DNA of 64,000 nt, from positions 288,001-352,000 of the forward strand of contig OY970209.1 of the NCBI GenBank assembly GCA_963713855.1, read 5' to 3'. Below the pieces are notes generated by a model that did no database searches, had not been told where the DNA came from, and saw only the letters and a list, made by a program, of their open reading frames with translations. Below, piece by piece: positions 21,514-31,813 of this stretch. This DNA is from an uncultured bacterium. Lineage in GTDB: Bacteria; Babelota; Babeliae; Babelales; Babelaceae. The position numbers were made by a program, and so were the translations under genes. Each line of letters starts with the position of its first letter. Position 1 is the stretch's first letter.

Positions 21514-22845
21514 TTATAGCTTTAATAGCTCAATTTTTTTATCAGAGCTAAGACAAAAAAACTTGTACGCGGGCACAACTACTATGGTTTTGTCGTCCTC
21601 AGTAAGTCGTTCTTCGTGGTTCTGAGTGATAATAATGCCAGAGCTCAGTTTTAACTCATGAAGCCCTCGAATAAGAGCTCTTTTTTCTCTTTCAAAAGTC
21701 ATGTGACTTTCTAGATTCCAGGCAACTTGTATGAGCGCCAATTTCAGATTTTTTTTGGCTACGAAATCAATTTCTAGGTTGTTTTCAGTCTTATAATAGT
21801 ACATCTCAAAACCGATTCTTCTCAGCTCTAAAAAAACAAGATTTTCCAGAAGTCTGCCCTTGTTTTCTGTAAAATGAAAGGCTATACCATTTATTTGTCC
21901 GGTATCGATCGAAAAAATCTTTTTAGGATTTTTTATCTGCTTTTTTAAAGAGTAATCAAACACTTCGAGCTCGAAGAGAAGATATGATTCTACAAACGCA
22001 CCGATATATTCTTTTATAGCCTTATCTGACAAATCAAATAGAATGGATAGATTTGAATAGGAAAATGGCTTGCCAACATGAGAAATAAGATAGACGAACA
22101 GTCTTTCAAGCTCTAAAGGTTTTCGAGCTTGAAGCCGAGGTGCCACATCTTGATAAAGGATTGTTTTAGCATATGAGTTTAGAATGTCATACGCTACTGT
22201 GGGTAGAAGGTTTAAAGCGACTTCGGGAAATCCGCCATACTCAAGCATTTGATCTAAGAGTTTATTCAGCTTGTTACGATTTTTAGATAGATGCACGGGG
22301 TCTTTTACATCTATTTTGTTAGCTAAGACAAGCTCTGTAAATGAAAGCGGAAAGATTTCCAGTGACAGCGTTCGTCCAGATAGTAGGGTCATAAGCTCTA
22401 CTGAAAGAAGTGAAGAATTGGATCCTGTCAGAAAAAATTGTACTTTTTTTTGCTCATAATGGGACTTTACAAAAATAGGCCATTCATGAAAAAATTGAAC
22501 TTCGTCAAGGAAAATATAAACCTTGCCTTCGGGACTAGCAAGGCGCAGATATTCTTCATAGATTCTTTGTAAATTTCCGATTTCCGTCGCGAAGAATGCA
22601 AAATAAGGATGTTCGAGATTTAAGAAAAGAATATTCTTGGGAGGCACATTTTTATTGAGCATAAGATGATTGATCATCTGCTTTAAAAGAGTGCTTTTCC
22701 CTGCTCTTCGCACCCCCATGAGCGAAATAATCATTCCTGTGGCAAGATACTCGAGAAGCTTAGTCAAATATGATCTTTCGATCCCATGCTCGTAGGGCTC
22801 GCCACTCCAATGGGGATTTTGCTCGATAATAACATCTTGAAACAT
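21514..22845 (-). CDS. AAA_14 ATPase with DUF4143 domain
   Basis: QNPHW, GVRRAGKS, FLDEVQ, TGSNS, LSGR, GGFPE, EIDF..IQV. Confidence 0.9.
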   Translation of the reverse strand: MFQDVIIEQNPHWSGEPYEHGIERSYLTKLLEYLATGMIISLMGVRRAGKSTLLKQMINHLMLNKNVPPKNILFLNLEHPYFAFFATEIGNLQRIYEEYLRLASPEGKVYIFLDEVQFFHEWPIFVKSHYEQKKVQFFLTGSNSSLLSVELMTLLSGRTLSLEIFPLSFTELVLANKIDVKDPVHLSKNRNKLNKLLDQMLEYGGFPEVALNLLPTVAYDILNSYAKTILYQDVAPRLQARKPLELERLFVYLISHVGKPFSYSNLSILFDLSDKAIKEYIGAFVESYLLFELEVFDYSLKKQIKNPKKIFSIDTGQINGIAFHFTENKGRLLENLVFLELRRIGFEMYYYKTENNLEIDFVAKKNLKLALIQVAWNLESHMTFEREKRALIRGLHELKLSSGIIITQNHEERLTEDDKTIVVVPAYKFFCLSSDKKIELLKL

Positions 22846-22854
22846 ACTAAATCC

Positions 22855-23011
22855 TCGGAATATATTCCGGATAAAGCTTATTTATTCCGGAGTATATTCC
22901 GGAAGTTGGTAAAAAGTCAATACTGAATACAGGTACAAGGTACACATCATATCAGATGTCTTTCGGAGTGTATTCCGGACTATTTGTCATAGATTCGGAT
23001 TATATTCCGAA
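22855..23011. promoter_or_regulatory. Four palindromic CGGA-N6-TCCG operator-like sites overlapping the ATPase promoter
   Basis: CGGA starts at 22856, 22888, 22964 and 22996; minus-strand TTGACT (22920-22915)-N18-TATACT (22896-22891). Confidence 0.65.
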
Positions 23012-23068
23012 CTTTAAGAAATCTCGTTGACTTAAATTACTTGTTTTACGTAAGAGAAAGCATCGGTC

Positions 23069-24310
23069 TCAGGCGATTTCCTTTTTCTTTTCTCCTGCCG
23101 TAGTGATATTAGCATCCAAAGACCTAAGCCAATTTTTATCCATTTTTTTATATGAGCTGACCGTTGGCAGCTTCGCATTTTCCCTTAAAAAATTATAGGC
23201 AAACAATGCCTGGCGCTCAAAAAAATCGTTACATTTGTCACTCACATCAGCTTTCAACCCTCTTAGGGCATCTATAAGATGCTCAAAGGCTTCAGGAATT
23301 TGGTCTTCAGGTTTTAACAGAGCTGCTTTTTCCTTCCAAAAGAGGTACCCATCTTTTTCAATGTCAAGACCATGGATCTCTAAAAGTTCGATAAGCTCTT
23401 TTAAATCGCAGCTTTGAGATAATAATGATAACGGGTCTTTCAAAGTAGCTATAACCCCTCTTAGCGCAATGTGCGGCAGCTTTTGCCTAAGAAGATATCT
23501 TACCGGATAAATGCTTAGCTCATCCTTAAGCGCTTCATTATAGTTCCACGAAAATGGATAATAAAGCAGCGAATAAAGGCTAAAAGAAGTAAATAGAGCT
23601 CCAAGAAGAGGCATGGATTGACAAAAAGCTATTTCGTTTTTAAATGCCCAAACTGCAAGAAAGAGAAATGGGATAAGCGAATAATAAATAACGTGCGTTG
23701 CTACAAAATTCCTTGGCAGTTGATCCTTCGTTAAAATTGTTGCAACTTTGTAAAGCTCAAATAAAAGAGCTTCCCTGCTTTCATCATCAAACCCGGTTAT
23801 CCTGGGCATTATGACGCGAAAATCAGAAAAAATGCCTTCAGTTTTAACTGTATTTTTATCTGACTCAAGGACGGTGACCGGATCATGAAACTGAAGTCGT
23901 TTTAGAATTGTTTTAACGAGTTCCTTACTGAAATGTGCGGCTATGACCTCTTTAGAAGAAATCATTTGCGTATTCCCATTTTCAATAAAATCTTTACGTT
24001 TTTCAAAAAAGCCCCCCAACGTATCAACTAGCCTCTTTGACTCTTCAAGCAGATTTTCAGGCGCACCTTTTACGTGAAAAAGGTTAATTGCTTTACGCTT
24101 GAGCTTATGAAATAAAAATTCAAAGGCTTCGCGATCATTGATAAACGCATCTGCTGGCATCTTATTAACAAGATATTCCTTAATGCGCTTAACTGCTTTT
24201 TCAAGCTTTTCTATCTGATCGCGCTTTTTCGATTTATGTAAATGAACTTCCGATTGAGCACTTGTAAAAAACATGCTCAAAAATAGAATACATAGTACTA
24301 TATGCTGCAT
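23069..24310 (-). CDS. Secreted/membrane protein, degenerate paralog of the M48-like protease at 61631..62806
   Basis: True start probably ATG 24310 (MQHIVLCIL, signal peptide); aligned blocks shared with the 61631 protein, with HEIGH replaced by KVATI. Confidence 0.6.
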   Translation of the reverse strand: MQHIVLCILFLSMFFTSAQSEVHLHKSKKRDQIEKLEKAVKRIKEYLVNKMPADAFINDREAFEFLFHKLKRKAINLFHVKGAPENLLEESKRLVDTLGGFFEKRKDFIENGNTQMISSKEVIAAHFSKELVKTILKRLQFHDPVTVLESDKNTVKTEGIFSDFRVIMPRITGFDDESREALLFELYKVATILTKDQLPRNFVATHVIYYSLIPFLFLAVWAFKNEIAFCQSMPLLGALFTSFSLYSLLYYPFSWNYNEALKDELSIYPVRYLLRQKLPHIALRGVIATLKDPLSLLSQSCDLKELIELLEIHGLDIEKDGYLFWKEKAALLKPEDQIPEAFEHLIDALRGLKADVSDKCNDFFERQALFAYNFLRENAKLPTVSSYKKMDKNWLRSLDANITTAGEKKKEIA

Positions 24311-24325
24311 GTCGACCCCACTAAA

Positions 24326-24358
24326 TAATAAAAAGCCCGCAGGTGATTCCCCCGGGCT
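24326..24358 (-). terminator. Intrinsic terminator after the 24366..25400 gene
   Basis: Minus strand AGCCCG...CGGGCT followed by TTTTATTATTT. Confidence 0.55.
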
Positions 24359-24365
24359 GATAGGT

Positions 24366-25400
24366 TTAATCTTTCTTAGGCTTTGGATCGTAAATCTTAT
24401 CACGGTAATCTTGTGATGTGACTCTCTTACCAACCTCATCATGGATCTCCATGTCAAGCCGCGTTCCGCGCCAATTGCGCAAATTGCTAAACACATCGCT
24501 GATAACGTAAGCAGAATCCTCACCAAACTGATAAGTAGCTTTGCACGCGCGACAGCCTTCAAGAAGACCCGTCGCTTCACCTAGCTCAAATAGAATACGA
24601 CTACTAGAAGCGGCGATAATGATGCCCACATCAAAAACAGTAGTCACGAAGGCAAAGTTTTTCAAAAGTCTTTGAAAAAACGTTTTTTCAGCCCATGATT
24701 TTGTAATGGCGCCAGCAAGCGGAACGCTCATAAGGTTAAAGCTCACATAACCAATGAGTACGCCCGCAAAAAACATTCCCCCTGCTAGTGCTTGTTGCTG
24801 AATATCTTCCGTGACAGGAGCTAAGGCCATCAAAGCTGCATTAAAAGATCCAAGAGTAATCCATACCCAATACAAATCCATGCCACACAAGTGAATAAGC
24901 CTTAAAAGTTTAGCTAAAGGAACACCTTCGACCTCAAATGGAAGCTTTGCCCCAGTTATTTTTGCTCTTGCTTGTTCATAAGCAAAAAGTCCAAGAGTCC
25001 ACAAGAAAATGGCCAGATTAAGCGATGCTAAATTAGGTGTCAGATCAATAACAAGATTTTTAGCTCCTTCAAAAAGTGCTTTGAGAATCACAGCTATTTT
25101 CTGCTCTTCTTCCGACCCCATTACTTTCGCAGCATTATCAATAGCTGCATGTGCATTTTCAGTTATTTCTTCACTCAAAGCATAAAGTGAGTCTTTAACT
25201 TCTTGAGGAATAGCTTGAGTGGTTATATTCTGGGCAATAGATCCTACGTGGTGAGCGCCCCAACGGCTTGCAAAACCAAAACCGCATAAGAAAGCTTGTT
25301 CGAGCGCAGAAGCTTGAGCATTCAGTATAGAGGAACTTTGTAGACCACATACAAAAAATCCTAGAAATATCACTCGAACTAAAAAGGACCTGAAAAACAT
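24366..25400 (-). CDS. Hypothetical multi-pass membrane protein
   Basis: 344-aa ORF with signal peptide and about four hydrophobic segments. Confidence 0.7.
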   Translation of the reverse strand: MFFRSFLVRVIFLGFFVCGLQSSSILNAQASALEQAFLCGFGFASRWGAHHVGSIAQNITTQAIPQEVKDSLYALSEEITENAHAAIDNAAKVMGSEEEQKIAVILKALFEGAKNLVIDLTPNLASLNLAIFLWTLGLFAYEQARAKITGAKLPFEVEGVPLAKLLRLIHLCGMDLYWVWITLGSFNAALMALAPVTEDIQQQALAGGMFFAGVLIGYVSFNLMSVPLAGAITKSWAEKTFFQRLLKNFAFVTTVFDVGIIIAASSSRILFELGEATGLLEGCRACKATYQFGEDSAYVISDVFSNLRNWRGTRLDMEIHDEVGKRVTSQDYRDKIYDPKPKKD

Positions 25401-25532
25401 TGTTCACCTTCTTAAAAACAGCTTGTCATATTACCCGTGAGGCTCATAACTACGATGCAGCTAAATGAAAACCTTTATAGCTGTAGTCTAACAGATAAAG
25501 CCGCTCTGTAAAGGCTTTTTATCAGCGTTAAT

Positions 25533-25925
25533 TCACACTTTTTCTGGAATGAGCTCAACGGTATCTTCGTCATGCCTTCTGGTAAAAGTTATAAACCGTG
25601 GTCGGTCAAGCATAAAAAGATCCCAGGCATCGATAAGATCGTCAAGATTGTCTGAATCCACGTCGATGATAAGGGGATTGTCCTCATCCAACGCTTCATC
25701 ATTTTTATAGAAGAGAATTCGAACTATATTTGCACCTTTTTTTGTAAAGTAAAAACGAGGCACTTTGGCGTTATTACGAGCTATGCTTTCAATGAGGCTT
25801 CGAGCAACTTTAAGCGCTTTAGGATCAAGAAATAGCTCGGCTAAAACATAGAGCTCTTCATCGGTAATGTGGTCAATCAAATAAGCGCGAGAAGCTGTAT
25901 CTTGTACAAGCCTTACAAGTCCCAT
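25533..25925 (-). CDS. Hypothetical acidic protein
   Basis: 130-aa ORF with GAGGT RBS. Confidence 0.65.
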   Translation of the reverse strand: MGLVRLVQDTASRAYLIDHITDEELYVLAELFLDPKALKVARSLIESIARNNAKVPRFYFTKKGANIVRILFYKNDEALDEDNPLIIDVDSDNLDDLIDAWDLFMLDRPRFITFTRRHDEDTVELIPEKV

Positions 25926-26092
25926 TGTCTACCTCATAACGTAAAAAAAGATCACCTGCTTTGACAAGCATTGCATAAGCACAAGCATCGAGGCAAGGGA
26001 CAGGAAAAATAAGCGGTACTATCATAAAATTGGCTTGACTGGCTAAAATGGGAAAATATACTCAGTACTATACATAAACCACCGGAGAGTTC

Positions 26093-28843
26093 ATGGTCAA
26101 ACGGCATATTTTTTTATTAGTTCTTATAGCAATGCAAATGAGCTTTCTTGCGTTCTCAAACCCGCAAGCACCAGTGCTTATAAAGACCCTCGAAAACGGC
26201 TTTACTATTTTAGTTAAAGAGACCAATAACACTCAAAAAGTTTCCTTTCGTCTCTACTATAAAGTAGGTTCAAAAGATGAGGTTGACGGGCAAAGAGGCA
26301 TCGCTCACTTACTTGAACACATGATCTTTTTAGGTACATACAAACTCTCTGCAACTGATATCGACCTTATATGTCGTAAATTTGGTGCCAACAATAATGC
26401 TCATACGACCACAGATCATACGTATATGGAATTTGACGTACCCATAAAGCACTGGCACATTCTCATACCAATTCTTGCAGATTGCATGAACAATTGCACG
26501 CTTAAGCAAGAACACTTAAACAGTGAATTTAAAGTAGTTTTGGCCGAGTTTAAAAAAGCAAGAGATAACTATGAAGCTGAGCTTGGTCGAAAGATGACAA
26601 AAAGTCTTTTTCCGCTCCATCCTTACTCTCATCCGGTGATAGGATATAAAAACGATATTTGCACCATAAATAGCCCAGAACTAAAAGCTTTTTATACAAA
26701 ATTTTACGTACCTAACAATGCTGTTCTTATAGTCGTTGGTAACGTTAATTCCGATGAAGTTTTTGCAGCTTGTGAAAGAGAATTTGGTATTCTAGAAGCA
26801 AAACCTGTAACAACTCAATCACATCCAACAATTGCGCCCGGATCACCTCACACAATTGAGTTACATAGAGATATCATGCAGCCATACGTTCAAATTGATT
26901 TTAAAATACCACCATTTTTAAAGGATCCTCGCGTCAAATTACTCACCCTGATAGACAGTATCCTCTTCAATCAAGAAAGCGGAAGAATCGTAAAGAAATT
27001 GCGTGACGAGTTTCAGGTTGTTAATAGCATATATAGCTATCACGATGATCTTTTAGATAACAGTGTATATTCTGTGGCTTTTTACCCAAAAAACCATGAG
27101 AAATCAACCTTTCAGTCAATTATAAACAGCATTCAAGAAGAACTGGATCGTTTAGCTGATGACGGGTACACGACAGAAGAAATGAAAATGGCTTGCGAGT
27201 TATTTGAACAGGGGCGCAATGATTGTTTAGCTTATAATCGTTGCCAAGCCGAAATGATTGCAAAAGGCTACTTTCATGTAAATGATCCGAATTTTGCGTA
27301 TACGTTCACCTTTAAGCCTGAAGAAGACTACAAGAAAGACATGCAAACGTTTATCAAAACATTTTTTCAAAAAACCAACTCTTGCATCGGTTATTTACTT
27401 CCTGCAAGCGAAGAAGAAAAAAAGGCGTGGCGATCTCAACAAGAGGCCGAGGATCTTCTTGATGCAAAAATTCTTGCAGAACGGCCCCATGAAAAAACGC
27501 GGGAAGAAGGAAAGTATGTTCACATGCTCACTTTAACCAAAGATTCAGCCACCAATTTCCCTGAACCTAATACATATATTTTAAGCAATGGCCTACAAGT
27601 ACTCTATTATCGTAACGATGATGTCCCAACAATCGAATGTGGCTTAGATTTTAAAATAACCGGAGAACATAAGATTGAAAGCTCGAGAGGTACGTTGAAT
27701 ATGATGAGCCTTATGATGAAAGAGGGTGGAACGAAAACGCATAGCGGCAAAGAACTTAAAAAGATATTAGCTCATAACGCTTTTTCTTTAGATATCGGAC
27801 CAGGACTTATACGAAGCTCAGTACCAAGCAAATCTTTACCGCAGTTTCTTGACCTTCTTTACGAGTTACTTGCAACCGCTCGTTTTGAAGAACAAGAGCT
27901 TTCAAAGATAAAAGAATGGGGTAAAACGAATTATAAATCTATTTTCGAAAGTGGAAGCAAGCTTGCTAACCTTCTCCACCGCGGCTTATTAATGAACGAC
28001 AAGGCGCTTAAGAACTTAAGCGAAACTGCTATTACCTCCGTTAAACGTCAATCGCTTATAGATGCTTACCAAACTTACATTTCGCCTTCTGGGGCAGTCC
28101 TTGCAATTGTTGGTGATTTGAGCGCGTATCCAGAACTTCCAACGCTATTAGAAAAAGCACTTGGAAAATGGAGCAAAAATGAGCTAAAAGATTATGCTCG
28201 CTATCAAGCTCAAGACACGCCCGATTCGCATACGATGTATCATTATTTAGATAGAGACCAAGCGTTCTTGTCTATGGCAAAAACATCAGTAAGCCCTAAA
28301 GAACCAGCTGCTATCGCTTTAGCACTCTACGGTATACTGCTTCACGAAGCGCTTTTAAGACTGAGAGAAAAAACGGGCATATTTTATTCTGCAAGCGCTC
28401 AATTCAATGAACCTTTCGTGCAAATCATGACACGAGTCTCTCCAGAAAACCTTGATGTTGTGCGCCATCGCATCTTTCAAACGCTCGATTCGTCTATTGA
28501 GACCTGCACAGAAGAAGAGCTTAGTGAAGCAAAAAACTCCGTCCTTGAATCAGTACAAAGCCAATACGGCAGTAACATTGGTATTTTAGAGTACTTTTTG
28601 TATCTTCATAAACACGCTCTTCCTTTTAACCAATCCTACCTTCTCGACGGGATTGAAAACCTTACGCTCAGTACCTTTAAAGAGCAAGTAAAAAAAGTAA
28701 TTGATCCTGCCTCCTTTAATACTGTTCTCGTGGGACGTGTTTGCAAGCCCAACACCTGCGATCATCTTATTAACAGAGAACAGTGTGGTTTACTCTTTTA
28801 CAACACTACCAAAGGCTCTTTTGACCGCCACAAGCGTGTCTGA
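26093..28843 (+). CDS. M16 family zinc peptidase (fused, PqqL-like), exported
   Basis: VGSKDE..GIAHLLEHM (HxxEH), NAHTT, second M16 half beginning LSNGL; signal peptide. Confidence 0.9.
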   Translation: MVKRHIFLLVLIAMQMSFLAFSNPQAPVLIKTLENGFTILVKETNNTQKVSFRLYYKVGSKDEVDGQRGIAHLLEHMIFLGTYKLSATDIDLICRKFGANNNAHTTTDHTYMEFDVPIKHWHILIPILADCMNNCTLKQEHLNSEFKVVLAEFKKARDNYEAELGRKMTKSLFPLHPYSHPVIGYKNDICTINSPELKAFYTKFYVPNNAVLIVVGNVNSDEVFAACEREFGILEAKPVTTQSHPTIAPGSPHTIELHRDIMQPYVQIDFKIPPFLKDPRVKLLTLIDSILFNQESGRIVKKLRDEFQVVNSIYSYHDDLLDNSVYSVAFYPKNHEKSTFQSIINSIQEELDRLADDGYTTEEMKMACELFEQGRNDCLAYNRCQAEMIAKGYFHVNDPNFAYTFTFKPEEDYKKDMQTFIKTFFQKTNSCIGYLLPASEEEKKAWRSQQEAEDLLDAKILAERPHEKTREEGKYVHMLTLTKDSATNFPEPNTYILSNGLQVLYYRNDDVPTIECGLDFKITGEHKIESSRGTLNMMSLMMKEGGTKTHSGKELKKILAHNAFSLDIGPGLIRSSVPSKSLPQFLDLLYELLATARFEEQELSKIKEWGKTNYKSIFESGSKLANLLHRGLLMNDKALKNLSETAITSVKRQSLIDAYQTYISPSGAVLAIVGDLSAYPELPTLLEKALGKWSKNELKDYARYQAQDTPDSHTMYHYLDRDQAFLSMAKTSVSPKEPAAIALALYGILLHEALLRLREKTGIFYSASAQFNEPFVQIMTRVSPENLDVVRHRIFQTLDSSIETCTEEELSEAKNSVLESVQSQYGSNIGILEYFLYLHKHALPFNQSYLLDGIENLTLSTFKEQVKKVIDPASFNTVLVGRVCKPNTCDHLINREQCGLLFYNTTKGSFDRHKRV

Positions 28844-28891
28844 TAGACTTATTGAAGCTTATTTTTTTTAAAGACTCTAACATGTGTAAGT

Positions 28892-31336
28892 ATGGAAAAC
28901 ACGTATAATCCGCTTCAATCAGAAAAAGCAGCTCAAGAATTTTGGAAAACCCACGATGTCTATGCTGTAAGCAATAACCCAGGGACTTTTTTTAGCATAG
29001 ATACGCCACCACCAACCGTATCTGGGTCTTTGCATATCGGGCACGTATTTTCCTATACTCAGGCCGACATTGTCGCTCGTTACAAGCGTATGAACGGATT
29101 TTCGGTCTTCTATCCTTTTGGCTTTGATGATAATGGGCTTCCTACGGAAAGATTTGTTGAGAAAAAAACTGGACTTAACGCTTTAACCGTTGGGCGGTCG
29201 GCTTTCATCGAGCTGTGCCTTAAAGAAACTGCTTTGGCTGAAAAATCGTTCGAAGAGCTTTGGAAAAGCATGGGGCTTTCAATAGACTGGTCTAAAAGCT
29301 ACTCGACCATTAGTGCGCAAGCACGACGCATATCCCAACAATCATTCATTGAGCTTTACGATAAAGGGTTTATATACCGAAAAGAAGAGGTAGCTCCTTA
29401 TTGTACTACCTGTAGAACATCAGTAGCCCAAGCAGAGCTTGAAGATGCTCAAAAGCACTCTTTTATGAACGAAGTTGCCTTTACGTCGGAAAATGGAAAG
29501 GCTTTCTATATTGCCACAACGCGTCCAGAGCTTTTAGCTTCATGCGTTGCCGTACTTTATAACCCAAAAGACACGCGATACCAGGAACTTAAAGGAAAGA
29601 GCCTTAAAACTCCTTTATACAACAAGCTTGTTCCCGTTTTTGCGGACGAACGAGCACTTATTGAAAAAGGTACTGGCCTTGTCATGTGCAGCACGTTTGG
29701 TGATAAGACCGACGTTGAATGGGTCAAAACATTTAACCTGCCCTATAGCCCTTGCTTAGGCCGTGATGGCCGTATGACGGCGGTATCGGGTTTTCTTGAA
29801 GGTAAAAAAGTACCTGAAGCACGAACTTTAATTATTGAACGCTTAAAACAAGAAGGGCTTTTGCGCGCGCAGCAACCAATAACCCATGCTGTCAACGTGC
29901 ACGAACGTTGTAAAAATGAGATTGAATATTTCTCGATGCAACAGTGGTTTTTAAAACTCCTCCCTTATAAAGAAACGTTCTTGAAATTAGGTGAAGAAGT
30001 CACCTGGTATCCAACTCACATGAAAATGCGCTATTTCCACTGGGTTGAAAATATACAGTGGGACTGGTGCCTATCCCGTCAACGCTTTTATGGAATACCC
30101 TTTCCTGTTTGGTATTGTAAGCAGTGCGGGACGATGATTTTTGCTTCAAAAAACGAGCTACCAGTCGATCCTCAGGAAACAATTCCCAAGAATGCTTGTA
30201 CTGAGTGTGGTTCTAAAGAGTTTGTACCTGATACCGACGTTATGGATACGTGGAATACTTCATCTTTGACACCGTATATTTGCAAAGAACTTTACGGCAA
30301 AGACGGTTCTTTTATACCGATGAGCATGCGGCCTCAGGCGCACGACATCATACGCACGTGGGCTTTTGATACGATTGTAAAAGTATGGATGCACGATCAA
30401 ACTATTCCCTGGAAAGAGCTCATGATATCGGGGCATGTCCAGACTCCCCAAGGTGAGAAAATTTCAAAGTCACAAGGAAATAGTCCGCTCGTTCCTGAAA
30501 ATCTCCTTAAAATGTACCCTGCAGACGTCATACGCTATTGGACCGCATCAGCAGCACTTGGAACTGATGTAGCATTTTCTGAGACTCAGCTTAAGATAGG
30601 GCAGCGCCTTCTTATTAAGCTATGGAACGCGTTTCGATTTATTGAGCAGTATGCTCAAAACACCGATTGCACAGAATATAGTCTTCTTGATAAGTGGATA
30701 ACAAAACGTTGTCAGGATACGCTACTTGAATATCAACGCTCTTTTGACGCCTATGAATTCAACCTAGCTCTTGAAAAAGTCGAACGCTTTTTCTGGCATG
30801 ATTTTTGTGATAACTATCTTGAACTTATTAAAGACCGTTTGTTTAATCCTCAGCTTTACAGTGCATCAGAAGTTGCATCCACACGCAGTACATTATCCCG
30901 TGTTGGTATGCGTATACTCCAGCTTTTTGCTCCATACATGCCACATATTACCGAAACTATTTATGGACAGCTTTTTAAGAATGCTTATGAAAGTATTTCG
31001 CTTCACCAGACACGATTCAAAGCCATCCCTTTGCTTGACGTTCGCCTTGATCAAATAGCAGCGATAGAACCTTTACTTGAAGTGATCAACCAAGTCCGAA
31101 AACTTAAAAGCGATCACCACCTGTCTCTTAAAACGGGCTTAAAAGTTATTCATATACACATACAAAAGGAGAAATTAACTATTGTGCGCGACCTTCTTTT
31201 ACCGCTCGAACAAATTATCAAAGGCATTACACGGGCTGAAATGATCGATTATGAAGCTACCTATGAGCAGTCTCTAGAAGGAGCTCTTTTACAAGAAAAG
31301 ACTGATGGTTTTCATGTTTGGGTAAAGCTCTCGTGA
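28892..31336 (+). CDS. valS: Valyl-tRNA synthetase (type 2, archaeal-like subfamily)
   Basis: DTPPPTVSGSLHIGH, GFDDNGLPTER, DWCLSRQR, RPQAHDIIRTW, KISKS. Confidence 0.95.
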   Translation: MENTYNPLQSEKAAQEFWKTHDVYAVSNNPGTFFSIDTPPPTVSGSLHIGHVFSYTQADIVARYKRMNGFSVFYPFGFDDNGLPTERFVEKKTGLNALTVGRSAFIELCLKETALAEKSFEELWKSMGLSIDWSKSYSTISAQARRISQQSFIELYDKGFIYRKEEVAPYCTTCRTSVAQAELEDAQKHSFMNEVAFTSENGKAFYIATTRPELLASCVAVLYNPKDTRYQELKGKSLKTPLYNKLVPVFADERALIEKGTGLVMCSTFGDKTDVEWVKTFNLPYSPCLGRDGRMTAVSGFLEGKKVPEARTLIIERLKQEGLLRAQQPITHAVNVHERCKNEIEYFSMQQWFLKLLPYKETFLKLGEEVTWYPTHMKMRYFHWVENIQWDWCLSRQRFYGIPFPVWYCKQCGTMIFASKNELPVDPQETIPKNACTECGSKEFVPDTDVMDTWNTSSLTPYICKELYGKDGSFIPMSMRPQAHDIIRTWAFDTIVKVWMHDQTIPWKELMISGHVQTPQGEKISKSQGNSPLVPENLLKMYPADVIRYWTASAALGTDVAFSETQLKIGQRLLIKLWNAFRFIEQYAQNTDCTEYSLLDKWITKRCQDTLLEYQRSFDAYEFNLALEKVERFFWHDFCDNYLELIKDRLFNPQLYSASEVASTRSTLSRVGMRILQLFAPYMPHITETIYGQLFKNAYESISLHQTRFKAIPLLDVRLDQIAAIEPLLEVINQVRKLKSDHHLSLKTGLKVIHIHIQKEKLTIVRDLLLPLEQIIKGITRAEMIDYEATYEQSLEGALLQEKTDGFHVWVKLS

Positions 31337-31794
31337 TAACACTTCGTAACACACAGCGTTCCATCCGCATTGATACTAAGGTCTTAAAAAAAGATGCGCA
31401 AAAAGTGCTAGAAATCCTTAACTACGAAGACTATGACTTAGGCATTTGGATTACCAACGATCGAACGATACGAAGGTACAACAAAGCGTATCGGCATAAA
31501 GATGTACCGACTGATATTCTTTCTTTCCCGTTTTACAAAGACCTTAATCCGGAAAAACGGATTAAGGCAAAAAGCGCCGAGGAAAAAAATATAGGGGATC
31601 TTATTATTTCAGCACCTTACGTTGCGGCAAGGCTTTCGGAGTACGGTACTTCATTGTCTGAAAGATTGCGCGTTCTTTTAGTTCATGGCATTTGCCATTT
31701 GTTAGGCTATGATCACGAAACAGACGCAGATTATCGCCGCATGAAAGCAAAAGAAAATTCCATACTTAAAAAACTTTGTAGAGTCACTAAATAG
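31333..31794 (+). CDS. ybeY: rRNA maturation endoribonuclease YbeY
   Basis: PTDILSFP, GDLIIS, HGICHLLGYDH; GTG start overlaps the valS stop. Confidence 0.95.
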   Translation: MITLRNTQRSIRIDTKVLKKDAQKVLEILNYEDYDLGIWITNDRTIRRYNKAYRHKDVPTDILSFPFYKDLNPEKRIKAKSAEEKNIGDLIISAPYVAARLSEYGTSLSERLRVLLVHGICHLLGYDHETDADYRRMKAKENSILKKLCRVTK

Positions 31795-31813
31795 TAAGCC
31801 AAAGAGTAATGGG

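Noticed and set aside
22855..23011. Possible mini CRISPR array
   Set aside because: The repeats are only 14 bp, and the gaps of 18, 62 and 18 bp are not CRISPR-like; no cas genes are present.
24311..24580. N-terminal extension of ORF 23069..24580
   Set aside because: It overlaps the upstream gene and its terminator; ATG 24310 has an RBS and a signal peptide.
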